The notes below the pieces were generated by a model. It was given only the letters and a program-made list of their open reading frames with translations, searched no databases and had not been told where the DNA came from. Shown in pieces: positions 1-12,929 of a stretch of 64,000 bases of DNA; within the stretch, counting starts at the first letter, position 1, and the number at the start of each line of letters is the position of its first letter. Position numbers and translations under genes: made by a program. This stretch comes from Eledone cirrhosa. Lineage: Eukaryota. The stretch covers positions 312,666,001 to 312,730,000 of the forward strand of contig OZ024740.1 in assembly GCA_964016885.1 (NCBI GenBank). Direction: 5' to 3'.

Positions 1-420
1 CAGACTGGTAGTTTCTACATTGGAACAAATAGTGCCAAAGAGTTTCTGGGAAGTCACCACAAGATCTTAGAGGTGATTCCCTGCAACCTGTTCCTGATAA
101 AATGTAATTCAATGGTATATACCCAGTTGAAAGCCAGCATAGTCTTGTTTTATTAACATTGCTCAGTGTCGGATATGTTTTAAATGTCAGATTTAGTTGA
201 GTAAGTGGAGGATTGAAACTTGAGAGTTTATCTCTAGATTCTTCCTCAAATTTTTCCCACCCTTCACTAATTATATTTTTGCTAAATGATTTCACTTGCG
301 ATAGATTTGGGACGTAGTCTATATGTATTATCTTCCTTTGAACTCCTTCCTTTGCTAATTCATCCGCTTTCCTATTTCCACTAATGCGTGTGTGGCCTGG
401 TATCTACACATTCTAAAGTT
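1..420 (-). mobile_element. Decayed non-LTR (I-group-like) RNase H fragment; also present at about 35050-35660
   Basis: Minus strand reads (W>*)IPGHTRISGNRKADELAKEG, the C-terminal RNase H motif. Positions 1-450 are nearly identical to 35241-35690. Confidence 0.55.
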
Positions 421-724
421 GTGGATATAAAGACAAGATCGTCAGTATTCAGGGGTTTCCATCGATGGAAAGGTAAAAGAAACAGCATTGACATAGGGAC
501 CAGGGTGTGTAGGTAAGGGGATAATAGGAGTGGTAGAAAAGGAGCAGTGTAGTGTGTGAAGTAAAGAACAGATTATGTTTATATGATGTAATTTTAATAA
601 CAAATTAAAAGTGAAGTTCAAATATCTAGGTAAAGGTTTATATCGACAGTTTATCAGTATAGAAATGGGGTGTAATTGTTACTGTTGAATCTCTACATTT
701 TAAGTATCCTCTATATCTTATACT

Positions 725-742
725 GTTTCTTTATTATTTCAG
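725..742 (+). promoter_or_regulatory. Splice acceptor of the single coding exon of ZNF-A
   Basis: gtttctttattatttcAG|aatatcacatgaca. The same motif precedes C (AG 35969-35970), B (24912-24913, minus) and E (56599-56600, minus). Confidence 0.65.
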
Positions 743-1148
743 AATATCACATGACACTGACATAAAAAGATTTTGTACATTAGATGTATCATCAATATTT
801 GTCATCTTTTAATGACTAAAGGAAGATGTTATACACAACAGATGTAAATCTGAGAATTAGTGTGAAATATTTTTTCTGAACTGAGATTAATAAAAACATT
901 ACTCTAATTCACTGTCTGGAATATCTACAAGGATTTTGTATTCTATTTATGCTTGGATTACAACAGACATTGTAGCATCTTTAAATAGTGATAAAGATCA
1001 CAGTTGATGGAAATATTGCAGAAGAAATATTTATTTGGAATAAAACAAACACAAATGGAAAGATATCCAAATATTGTGAGAAAATAAGAAAAATTGTGGA
1101 ATAAAGAACTATTTTGGAAACTAAAAGATTAATTTATCTCCTGAAAAA

Positions 1149-3353
1149 ATGTCCAAAAATATAGTCAAATCTTCATATGACTGTGATATCTGTTGTAGAT
1201 CATTCTCTCGAAAAGCCAGTTTAACTATTCACAAACGTATTCATAATGCTGAGAAGCCATATAGGTGTGATATATGTAGCAAATCATACCTTTATAAGCG
1301 TGACTTAATTGACCACAAATGTATTCATACAGGAGAGAGACCATATAACTGTGATGTATGTGGTAAATCATTCTCTCGGAATTCTGGCTTAAGTGAACAC
1401 AGACGTGTTCATACAGGAGAGAGACCATATAACTGTGATGTATGTGGTAAATCATTCTCTCGGAATTCTGGCTTAAGTGAACACAGACGTGTTCATACAG
1501 GAGAGAAATCACATCAATGTAATATCTGTGGTAAATCATTCATTAAACTGTCAGCCTTAATCATTCACAAACGTACCCATACAGGAGAAAGGTCATATCA
1601 TTGTGATATTTGTGGGAAATCATTCTCTATATATAATAACTTAACCAGGCACAAATATATTCATACAGGAGAGAAACCATATCACTGTGACATCTGTAAT
1701 AAATCATTTTCTCAAAATAGTAGCTTAATAAAACACAAATATATTCATACAAGAGAGAAACCATATCATTGTGATATATGTGGTAAATCATTCATTGAAA
1801 ATTATAGCTTAACTAAACACAAACGTGTTCATACTGGAGAGAAGCCATATCATTGTGACATCTGTGGTAAATTATTCTCCATAATTGGTGGCTGAATTAA
1901 ACACAAACATACGCATACTGGAGAGAAACCACATCGCTGTGATATCTGTGGTAAATCTTTCTCTGACAGTACTCAATTAAAGAGACACAAACGCATTCAT
2001 ACAGAAGAGAAACCATATCATTGTGATATTTGTGGTAAATCATTCATTGAAAATTATAGCTTAACTAAACACAGACGTGTTCATACTGGAGAGAAGCCAT
2101 ATCATTGTGACATCTGTGGTAAATCATTCTCTATAATTAATGGCTTAATTAAACACAAACGTACGCATACTGGAGAGAAACCACATCACTGTGATATCTG
2201 TGGTAAATCTTTCTCTGACAGTACTCTATTAAAGAGACACAAACGCATTCATACAGGAGAGAAACCATATCACTGTGATATCTGTGGTAAATCATTTTCT
2301 CGAAAGGATAATTCATTATCACACAATCGTACTCATACAGGTGAGAAGCCATATCACTGTGATATTTGCGGTAAATCATTCTTTAGCAGTGGTGACTTAA
2401 CCAGGCACAAACATATTCATACAGGAGAGGAACTACATCACTGTGATGTCTGTGATAAATCTTTCCATAGAAATCATGATTTAACTGGACACAAACGTCT
2501 TCATACAGGGGAGAGACCATATCACTGTGATTTTTGTAGTAAATCATTCACTAGAAAATGTTACTTAACTGAACACAAGCGTATACATACAGGGGAGAAA
2601 CCATATGAGTGTGATGAATGTGATAAATCCTTTTCTAGTAGTAGTACCTTACGTGTTCACAAACGAGTTCATACAGGTGAGAAGCCATATCACTGTGATA
2701 TTTGTGGTACATCTTTTTCTAGACATAGTAACTTAGTTGTTCACAAACGCATTCATACAGGAGATAAGCCATATCACTGTGATATTTGTGGTATTTCTTT
2801 TTCTGGACATAGTAACTTAGTTGTTCACAAACGCATTCATACAGGAGATAAGCCATATCACTGTGATATCTGTGGTAAAACATTTTCTTTTAATTCTAAC
2901 TTAACTACTCATAAACGTAGTCATAGTGGAGAGAAGCCTTATCACTGTGATATCTGTGGTAAATCATTCTCTCAAGCAACTGTCTTAACTATTCACAAAC
3001 GCATTCATACAGGAGAGAAGCCTTATTGCTGTGATATTTGTGGGAAATCCTTCACTACGAGTGGTGCTTTATATAATCACAGACGTGTTCATACAGGAGA
3101 GAAGCCATATCACTGTAGTATCTGTGGTAAATCATTCAGTTTCAGTAGTATATTAAATATTCACAAACGTACTCATACTGGAGAAAAGCCATATTATGAT
3201 ATCTGTGGTAAATCATTCGCTGAAGCTAGTAACTTGAATTCTCACAAACGTACTCATACTGGAAAGAAGCTATATCACTGTGATATCTGTGGTAAATCAT
3301 TTTCTCAAAAAGTTGACCCTACTACACACGTATGTATTCTTACAGAAATATAA
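1149..3353 (+). CDS. ZNF-A: tandem C2H2 zinc-finger protein, about 26 fingers, with one in-frame TGA at 1893-1895 (248-aa product if terminated)
   Basis: ORF 1149-1895 has 8 full fingers and part of a ninth. Manual translation stays open in the same frame from 1896 to TAA 3351-3353, giving 17 more fingers (last two degenerate). Confidence 0.85.
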
Positions 3354-3714
3354 CTATCATCATCATTTTACATTCACTTTCCAATTTAAGATAGGTTGAA
3401 CAGGTCCCAGTTCAAAACCAGAATGGTTGACACATCTTAATTGGTGTCACTTCTGTGACTGGATGTATTGTTTTGTGTTTGTTTTTGTGGCACCATCACA
3501 ACCACTTTACAGTGTACTGGCTGTATTTTACTATGGCATCTGGACTGGAGAGGGTACTACATGCTCACCTGTGTGAAGAGTCATCACAAACCCTATATTG
3601 TCTGTGTTCAATTGCTAACACAAGCCTCTGGTCTGTCTCCTTTTTTTGAGGCAGTGATTTATGGCTGAATTCCCTTTCTAACAGCAAAACATTTTGGATA
3701 CCATCAACTATCTG

Positions 3715-3845
3715 GCTACATCACATGTCTACACTAGCTCTCACCTCACTACCATTACATGTCTACACCAGCTGTCACCTCACTACCATCATATATCTAC
3801 ACCATCTGTCAACTGACTACCATCACATGTCTACACCAGCAAATG
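3715..3845. repeat. About 34-bp imperfect tandem repeat in the 3' flank of ZNF-A
   Basis: Recurring ctaccatcacatgtctacaccagc units; a shorter inverted version lies at about 46730-46820 behind ZNF-E. Confidence 0.55.
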
Positions 3846-3913
3846 TCCATGTAACCATCAACTAAATATAAAGTGTATTATATAACATTTTAATCCTCCT
3901 CAACAATGTTCTC

Positions 3914-4122
3914 AGAAGTGCCAAGAAATGCCAGTTGAAGGAAGACGTAGTAGAGGAAGACCACGAAAAACATGGGCGGAGATGGTGAGAGCTGACCTCA
4001 GATCGCTGAAGCTCACGGTGGAGATGACGAAGGACCGTGACAAGTGGAGAGATGTTGTGCTGAATAGAACCCGTCCCACCCTTGCAAGCAGGGAAACGCG
4101 GACGTAAAGTGATGATGATGAT
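3914..4122 (+). mobile_element. RTE LINE 3' fragment
   Basis: Encodes VEGRRSRGRPRKTW and ends in a (GAT)n tail. Confidence 0.75.
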
Positions 4123-4411
4123 CTATATACTACTAAACCTCTGTGACTGTGTGCTTGTCTGTAATTTAATACAGCCAAAACTGCGCATAATGGGAAAATA
4201 GTTTGAAAGGAAGTTGCCCCTGAAATGGGAATACAAATAAAATAAAACAAGTTCCGCGTAAATCGGAACACGGGTTCTCGAGATACAGGGTTTTTCCAGG
4301 TACCTTCATAAAGAGAGAGAGAGAGAGAGATAGTGGTTGTGTGAGAGTAAATTGAAAGAGAGAGAGAAGGAAAATGGGAAAGAGAGAGGTGGTGGTGGTG
4401 GTGTGTATATA

Positions 4412-4957
4412 TGTAGCGAAATCTGTCCACATGTTGACTCTTGGGTGACCTTTAACGGTCATTTTCTGGGTTATTTCCTTTTGGGCTTCAACAGGTCTGA
4501 GATTGGACGACCTCGAAAGGTAAGCCCTTTGTTCTCAAGTCTATGAGACAGAGGAAGCGACATACATAAATAGCCTACCTTAGATCAGGCCAGGCAGTTC
4601 GGAGCGATTCTTGATAGGGTGAACATGTAAACTATTGCTTTCTACAGACTCTTACTTTCTCTTACTCTCTCTCTTTCACTCAATCTATCTCTTGGTCTCT
4701 CTCTCAACCAAGCCAGCGATATTCAAGTTTTCTTGGTAAATACAACTTTAATTCTATTTTTACAAGCAAACAAATAACGTCCATAATTCCTGTGTACTTT
4801 TAGTACAACTCCAGTGTGAGTTATTTTCAATAAATTAATAGTATAGCAGTTTGGTGTTATCGTCGTTCATTTATATATATTCATGATCAAGGAACTATCA
4901 TATCATCTTATTGAAGACCTACTTACCTGCACACATGGAACCTCTGGTCACACTATA
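4412..4957 (+). mobile_element. Possible solo LTR
   Basis: Starts TGTAGCG and ends CACTATA (same TG..TA style as the gypsy LTRs in this window); internal AATAAA; flanked by microsatellite. Confidence 0.35.
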
Positions 4958-4972
4958 TCACACAACAGTGAC

Positions 4973-5074
4973 CACGCAACACAATAAGCTAGAAGTGAAC
5001 ACACACGCAACACAATAAGCTAGAAGTGAACACACACGCAACACAATAAGCTAGAAGTGAACACACACGCAACA
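4973..5074. repeat. 31-bp tandem repeat, about 3.3 copies
   Basis: cacgcaacacaataagctagaagtgaacaca repeated. Confidence 0.85.
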
Positions 5075-5204
5075 AGAACCACAACACAATCAATTACCAA
5101 CACGACCATAAAACTTCACTCTCTCTCTATATATATGTATGTGTCTCTGTGTGTGAATATATATATATATATGTGTGTGTCTGTGACCAGTGTATATAGG
5201 TCAG

Positions 5205-5719
5205 AGACATATATATATATAAAGTTGTATTCCTGTCTGTTTGTTTGTTTGTTTGTTCACGAACTACTCCTATGGTTTTGGAGATAGACCCCCATAACTA
5301 TATATATGCTGAAACTACATTTCCAAGGGTACTTGGATAAGTATATTTCATTTTAATCAAAGGGTTCCCTGTAGGCACAAAACCCCTACTGAAAATGTTT
5401 CCCCTTCGATTTATATGAAATTTCAACCATAGAAAATGACAAGATATGATGCCTACTCACAAAAGTTTTGAATTGATATTTTAAAAAAAATTATTTACAA
5501 GAAACAAAATAAGAATAAGATTTAATGATGTAATTTTGATTTGATATATTAAAAAAAATAATGTTTTCCAATTGTTCATGCATTACATTTTACATTGAGT
5601 AATATTGAAATGCAGTTTTTCTCCATAAATTATATCACTGATTTAAAATCAATCATCATTTTCTTACAAAAGAAAAAAAAAATGTGTGAAACGCAGCAAG
5701 GCGTGGGTAATTCGGCTAG
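5205..5719 (+). mobile_element. Non-autonomous Helitron-like element
   Basis: 5' tatatataaag..(gttt)n head and 3' GC-rich subterminal segment ending CTAG|T. Confidence 0.55.
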
Positions 5720-5741
5720 TATATATATATATATATATATA

Positions 5742-6166
5742 TATAACGTGGATTACGTGTCACTGGGGATATTAATATAGTTATCGATTCAGAAGGCAAT
5801 GACGAAAACAACATAATCCATTATAACAAAAATTCCCTTTTATTTGTTGTACAAATATGGGATCGAAATAACAAGAGAAGGTTGAGCAAGTCTTCACATC
5901 GTGTTGGCTGCATATTCCAGTGGAGATGTGAAAGAATGTGGCATATCAAATGTCGGACGTCTTGATGATACCAGGTCATTCAGTGAACTCTGTCTCTCTG
6001 TCCTGTCAGTCAACTGTGTCTCTGTTCCAAGTAGTGAGCAACTTGTCTCGAGCCGCTGAGGGCCTTGATTGGCTCCACTTCAGCCAATTTACCTCTGTGA
6101 CACCATTCTTCCACCAAAGGAAAATATATTTAATCACAAGGGAAAATACATTTAATTCTGTTCACT

Positions 6167-6169
<3 letters not shown>
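5742..6169 (-). mobile_element. Solo LTR related to the gypsy element at 49202-54949
   Basis: Shares the tataacg start, cagaaggca, ttgattggctc-acttcagccaa-ttacctc-gt-acaccattc and aaaatacattt..ctaca with those LTRs, and has a similar length. Confidence 0.7.
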
Positions 6170-6202
<33 letters not shown>

Positions 6203-6362
6203 GTATATTTAAATTGTTGGGATACAACAAGCAAATATTTTTATAACTGATATAAAGCACTTAACAAATAAATGGAGTAAAAATACGATATTAACAAAAC
6301 AGTAATGGTTACATTCTTTAACGGTATGTCAATATTTATTTATAAAACTGCTCTATATTATA

Positions 6363-6423
6363 TTTTATCTGATGAAAGCACACCATAATTTAACTTGGAG
6401 TCCTTGAAATATGTATAATGAAA
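6363..6423 (+). ncRNA. Minimal type I hammerhead ribozyme candidate (Penelope-type)
   Basis: ttttat CTGATGA aagcac..gtcctt GAAA tatgt ATA atgaaa; stems I-III can form. Confidence 0.55.
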
Positions 6424-6665
6424 TAAATATAGTTTCCATTTGTTAATATCGTATATATATATATTTGTTTGTATTTATACATATTTATTTCATAAATACA
6501 TTACAAATCGTTTGCAATTCTTTCAGAATGAAAATATAAACTTACAGTGGAATAACATAACAAATATGTTTTAAATATATACATAAATAACATTACAAAT
6601 GCTTATCAATATTATAGATAGCTCGCGATTCTTTCAGAGAGATATATTCTTTTAATGTTACAATA

Positions 6666-7462
6666 TTAAAGAAAATGTAAAGGAAGGGGTGAACAACCGA
6701 GCCAACACCAGAGCAAAAGACCAAAGTCGCAAGTACTGGGCAACCTCTCTAATGATTTTTGAGGTAAGCCAGCACACTCACAGCGTTGCCTCGGGTGATG
6801 GCGAGGCTGATGCGCTGAAACAGCCAAGCGCCCTCGTGAGATTCGCCAGTTACCTCTATTAGGCGAGCCGCCAGTGAAGAGAGGAACCTCGCAGTCAGCG
6901 GCCCGACTCACCTAAACGTCTCGAAAGCCACAGGCTGAAAAATGTAGCTGGCCGACAGATCAGAGTATTTGAGGGTCTTACTCCGCTCGGCTACAGAAAC
7001 TGTGGCTCTCGTCCTAACCGCAGCATCCAGGATGTGGGAAAGAGCAAAAGAGTCACTAACAGTGACGTCCCAGACAAGGCACCTGCCTCTCGACCAGGGA
7101 CACAGGGTGAGGCCGTCACTTCTGGACAACCCAGATGGTTCCAAGACTGAGGGGATATTCGCCCGGGCCAAAGCTCTCTTCAGAATGAGGTTTAGCTCCG
7201 TGTGACGCGCGAAGCGGACGGCATTCAGGCGGCAAGTAAGACCGAGGAGCTTGCCGCATCGGCTCCTCAAACCCATGCAGATGTCAGCTCCCACTCTGAA
7301 GGCGATGGAGACACGAAGTTCGTCCAGGCTGAGTAGGCCACCAACGTTGGCCACGGGTAGGGCATCAACCCAGTCGCCTGAGTATTTGGCGCTGGCAGAT
7401 AGTAAGCGGCAGCTTGCAAACTGATCTGACTGGACGAAGAGGGAGTCGAAAGTGGCCTTCGA
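6666..7462 (-). mobile_element. CRE-like (restriction-like endonuclease) non-LTR retrotransposon, 3' portion
   Basis: ARHTELNLILKRAL..EPSGLSRSDGLTLCPWSRGRCLVWDVT..FQPVAFETF, then the WLFQRISLAITRGNA terminus. Confidence 0.75.
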
Positions 7463-7551
7463 ACTTATCCTGTCCTAAGTTCTCTGACTTCGACTGTCCT
7501 CCACCTTCTCAGGAAGAGACAAGCCCAACTCACTCCATTGCTGGAGAGTTT

Positions 7552-7880
7552 CATGTATGTATGTATATGTGTATTTATGTGTATGTATGAGTGTTTGCAC
7601 GCATGTATATGTGTACATATGTTTATTGGTATATGTACGTATGTTGAACAGATGTGTGCGTATGTGTGTATATTTATATATGTATATATAATTATATGTA
7701 TACACACATATGTATGTGTATTTAGGCACATACGATCGTATGTGCGCGGGTATATGTGTATATATGAGCCTGGTATACGCACGTGTGTGCATGTTTATGC
7801 GAATGTGCATGTATATGCATAATACGGCGTGCGTTTTCGCGTATGCACATGTATGTACACATATAGTTGTGCGTATGTAT
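7552..7880. repeat. TA/TG compound microsatellite
   Basis: Low-complexity tatg/tgta repeats. Confidence 0.85.
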
Positions 7881-8791
7881 AAATCTTAACTAATATTACT
7901 TTTACAATTATAATAACTTTTGTCATTTTCGTTCAGCAAATTTATTTACATTATTCTTTAACTCCGGAGCTGAGAATCATTCGGTTTCCTAAATAGAATA
8001 TTAGTCTAATGACTCCATTTATACCATAAACATGTTTTAGTCTTTGCGTGAAATTGTTCTCATCGCTCCACATAACGAGGTATTTTCTACGCCTTTTTCC
8101 CGTTCATTGCTAGGGAACCTCTTCACAAACCAAAGTATCGTCTTGCTGTTTTCCTTCTGTTGCAACATTTTTCGAAATATTTTCTTCTGCATCCACAGAT
8201 TGATTTTTTTTTTTAGTTTCAGAAGATCCCGTGAAAGCAGCGATTCTTTGCTTAAACTTTAAGCTGTTATTTTAATAAATATTTGCTCTATGGTTTTATA
8301 TAATTTTATATATATTATCCTTGTCGAGCCATCCTCGGATTTTAGTCTTCACATTTATTATTATTACTATATATATGTGTGTGTGTGTGTGTACACCAAG
8401 TATATTCATTCTATCATTACCACCAAAAAGGGTCCGACGAACCGTTGATTACAGAGTCGGACTAGATCGATACAGATCGAACTTGAGCTGATCGGTGGCG
8501 AAACGCACGTCACCAATGATATGTGTATATATATGTATATATATATATATAAATAATCCCAATCTTGACCACATCAACACAATGCCTAAGGGCTGTCACC
8601 TTCAGAGTAAACAGTATAATAAAACCCCTACCACAACATTTTGATTAAGCTATCTGTATTCTTCAAACCACTCTCTCCCACTTCTCCAACCCCTACATCT
8701 CTCTCTCCTCTTCTTTCTCTCTTCCTTTCTACTCTATCTTCTCCAATAACTTCCTTTAAGAAATACAAGGGTATTTACATTTTAACCATTC

Positions 8792-8908
8792 TGCTCTGAG
8801 GAAACGGTAGTGGCTGCATTTGAAAATTGAGTTTCTGCAATCAAATAATTATCAATTTGCACATAGCATGACTAGGCTGTATAACTCCAGTTGAAACATT
8901 TGTAAGCA
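8792..8908 (+). ncRNA. Hammerhead ribozyme candidate with long stem II
   Basis: tgct CTGAGGA aacgg..ccagtt GAAAC attt GTA agca; stem I tgct/agca, GUA cleavage triplet. Confidence 0.5.
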
Positions 8909-9116
8909 CTCGGAATAAATTACCTTTTTATGATGTCTACCTGTTATTATTCATTCTTTATCTACACTCCGGAATACAGAAGGATCAGAAACTGAGTTTT
9001 TCCGACTATTCTTCCATAACTCGTTGAGTAACCCCTCACCGTACGTCAACTCTATCTAGTGTAGTATTAACCATTACTGCATTCAGGATAATCCTAAGCA
9101 TTTCTTGCATAACCGA

Positions 9117-9154
<38 letters not shown>

Positions 9155-9158
<4 letters not shown>

Positions 9159-9846
9159 GGAAAAAATGAAACAAAATTTCATTTCTCACTCTTAGTACGG
9201 CTGTTACTTAAATATAAGTATGTATACGTTCATACATATATGAATACAAACATACAGTAGTATGTATATATATACATACGTGCACACATATATATATATA
9301 TGTACGTATGGATTTACCGAGCATTTATTACAATGCTCGGTTTGTTTGTAAACAAACATCCCGAATTAAGCCGTACAGTGTTTAGCAACCATCGTTGCCC
9401 TTTTGTTCAACACCGACAAAGGAACGAACGATGTACTAGTTTCAAGCTTATTAGCTATCGTCAGCACCGTATACCTTCCTGCCAGATGATTGAACGTCTG
9501 AAAGTATATACTTTCCTTATGCATATTAACGGCTGAGCAGCCTAATTTGCATATCGAGTGAGTTAATCGGTCGGGCGCACCGAAAACGATAAATGGAAAA
9601 AATGAAACGAAATTTCATTTCTCACTCTGTATGTATATACATACTACTGTACGTCTGTATACATATATGTATGTATGTATACATACTTATATTTAAGATT
9701 TGCACTTGTAGTGCGAACATTTTTCTTTAAGTCTATAGTTGCAATAAATTGATCTTTCGATTTTTAAGTTACTCAACAATAAAATTGAAAGTTCAATTTA
9801 TTGCAACCATAGTCTTAAAGAAAGATTTTTGCACTACAAGTGCAAA
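9155..9846. repeat. Nested direct and inverted repeats (MITE-like)
   Basis: About 38-bp direct repeat at 9155 and 9591, inverted pair 9208-9270/9630-9697, hairpin 9700-9757/9788-9846. Confidence 0.6.
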
Positions 9847-10583
9847 TCGAACCCTTAACCTCCTACTACCACCTGACAAACTGCATATACTTAGACTTTC
9901 TACCCTCTTATTGAATCTAACCCCTTTATTTACCCACAGTAACCAATACTTATGTCCCTCTCTCCTCCTTCATTCCTTTTCTCTTTTTTCATCTTCTTTT
10001 TTTCTCTTCCCTCTTTTTTATATATATATTGTATATCTCTCTATCTCCCCCCCCCCTCTCTCTCTCTCCCACTATAAACGATTCAATTCTCTTTAACTCC
10101 CCACACTGTAAATTGACAACATCAAGTCTACCGAATCAAAACTGATCAAGGAATCCTTCCATCTTTTCTCCTCCTACCATCCCCGTTTGTCCCTCTACTT
10201 CCTAATTCCTCTCTCTCTATATATAGTAAATACGATTCCAAAAAATGTTTTTTTATATATTAAGAACCTTTTACAAGTAACTTATTCATTATTTTGAAAA
10301 TTTGGAGGTGAATAACAGTTATTATCGAGTGGCTGCTATTTGCAGTATAGCGATATAAGGTTGCACTTACCAGTGAAATGGTCGTAAATACCTGGATAAA
10401 ATCCTTTTTTTAATGCTTACCTGTGTTTTCTCTTTTATTCTTTATACTCCAAGATTGAACGTGATTTACTAACCACATTCTTGCAAACTTGTAGAGTTAC
10501 CCCTAGCCGTACGTTGGAAACCGTCCAAGAAAGTGGCTATCTTAACCACGAACTGGATTACAATAAGCAATTTTCTGCTTCCT

Positions 10584-10816
<233 letters not shown>

Positions 10817-10829
10817 TACCACACCTAAT

Positions 10830-11357
10830 CTAGCTAGGAACTTAGCCAACAATAACGTCAATAAGCTAAATAAGTCTACTTTTTCCGAGGCCCATCCAGC
10901 AACCGATGGCAATTGCAATTGCCTTGATAAGACTACTTGCCCCCTCAACAACAACTGTCTAAAAAAAGATCTCGTCTATATATGCGATGTACTCTCAGGC
11001 CCCGATGAAAAAAGAAACTCGTACATCGGGATGACTTCTAACAGTTTTAAGACTCGCTGGTACGCCCACACACATTTGTTCCGGCGCCCAGACAAATCTA
11101 ACCAAACAACACTCGCTGCCCACATCTGGCACCTTAAAAGGAACTCCATCCCCTTCAAGACCCAATGGAGACTACTCCAGAGAGCGCAATCTTACACGAG
11201 AGGCCATAATTGCTGTGACCTCTGTATCTCCGAGAGTTATGAGATTCTATTCGCCAAAGGCCCTCTCCTCAACAAGATCTCGGAACACTCCCCTAATTGC
11301 ATGCACAAGAACTATGCAAATTACAAAAACTACAGACCCACCCGGCCCCCCGATTGA
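10830..11357 (+). mobile_element. Penelope-like element, GIY-YIG endonuclease fragment
   Basis: [50 protein letters not shown]. Confidence 0.8.
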
Positions 11358-11809
11358 AGCCCACCCCCGTCCCCCATCCCACTTCCGTCCCTCCATCTCT
11401 CATTATTACCTTCTTTCCTCCCCTCCAGGTCTTTATATTGTGTTGTATGCCTCTGAGTAAGGTTCCGTGGCCGCACACACACATTCACGTATATATCTGC
11501 TTATGCTTGCATTCGTGCAGTTATGAACTGCTGCACGCACACGTTCGAGATTTATTTATTTATTTATTTATTTATTTGTTTATTTGTTTATCTGTTTGTT
11601 TGTTTGTTTGTTAGTTAATTCATTTATTTATTGTTTAATAAGTGAATGATTAAATAATGAATAGATAAAAGATAGGTAATAAATAGTGAATGGTAAATAA
11701 TAAATAATTATTATTTACTTGATGATAATATTAATAATTTAGTAGTGATAATAAATATTTTAATCTTTTATCAGGCTCAGTTTATAATTTGTCCCACTAC
11801 TTTTTCCCA

Positions 11810-12450
11810 ATATATATAGATACATATATATGTGTGTGAACGAGTGCATGTATGTGTATATTTGTTTGTGTTTGTATTTGTATGTGTGTATGTATATATA
11901 TATATGTATATATGGATATATATATATATATATATGTATATGTGTGTATGTATGTGTTTGTGTATGTATGTGTATGAATGTGTGTATATGTATGTATAGA
12001 ATAGTTTATACCGAGAGACATACATACATGTATATATATATATACATATATATATGTATATATATATATATATATATACATATATATATGTATATATATA
12101 TATATATATATATACATATATATATGTATATATATATATACATATATATATGTGTATATATATATATATATATATACATATATATATGTATATATATATA
12201 TGTTTATATATATACATATATATATATACATATATATATGTATATATATATATATGTATATATATGTATATATATGTATATATATGTATATGTATATATA
12301 TGTATATGTATATATATGTATATGTATATATATGTATATATATGTATATGTATATATATGTATATGTATATATATGTATATGTATATGTATATGTATGTA
12401 TATGTATATGTATATATATGTATATGTATATATATGTATATGTATATATA

Positions 12451-12481
<31 letters not shown>

Positions 12482-12590
12482 GTATATATATATATATGTG
12501 TATGTATATATGTGTGTGTATATATATATATATGTATAGATATACATATATATGTGTGTGTAAGTGTTTATGTATGTGGTTGTGAGTATG
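11810..12590. repeat. Long (TA)/(TATATG) compound microsatellite
   Basis: Seen directly; accounts for the YIYIY ORFs. Confidence 0.95.
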
Positions 12591-12929
12591 TAAATATATT
12601 TTATTCTTTTCATTCTACAAAAACACTCTGGCCACCTTTAGCTTGTATGTTAACTTGACCATAGAACAATGATCTGTGCCATGATTCGGTCTTGTTTATC
12701 TTCTAATACCAACCCACCTAAAAAAAATTTCCCTACTATATATCTGTTGATATTCTTGGGGTTTTTATTTAATTTTATTTGTTTGTTTATTTACTTACTT
12801 TTTCTCTTTTTCTCTTTTTCTTTTCCTTTTATTTTACAAAAGCACTCCGGCTAATTGACCACTCCCCAAAGAAAAAACGGTCTGTGCCATGTTATGGTCC
12901 TGTGTATCTAAATACCAACCTACCCCAAA

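Noticed and set aside
1893-1895. TGA as selenocysteine
   Set aside because: It replaces Leu rather than Cys, and no SECIS was recognised.
1225-2379. Antisense [17 protein letters not shown] ORFs over the ZNF genes
   Set aside because: Shadow frames of the 84-bp finger repeat.
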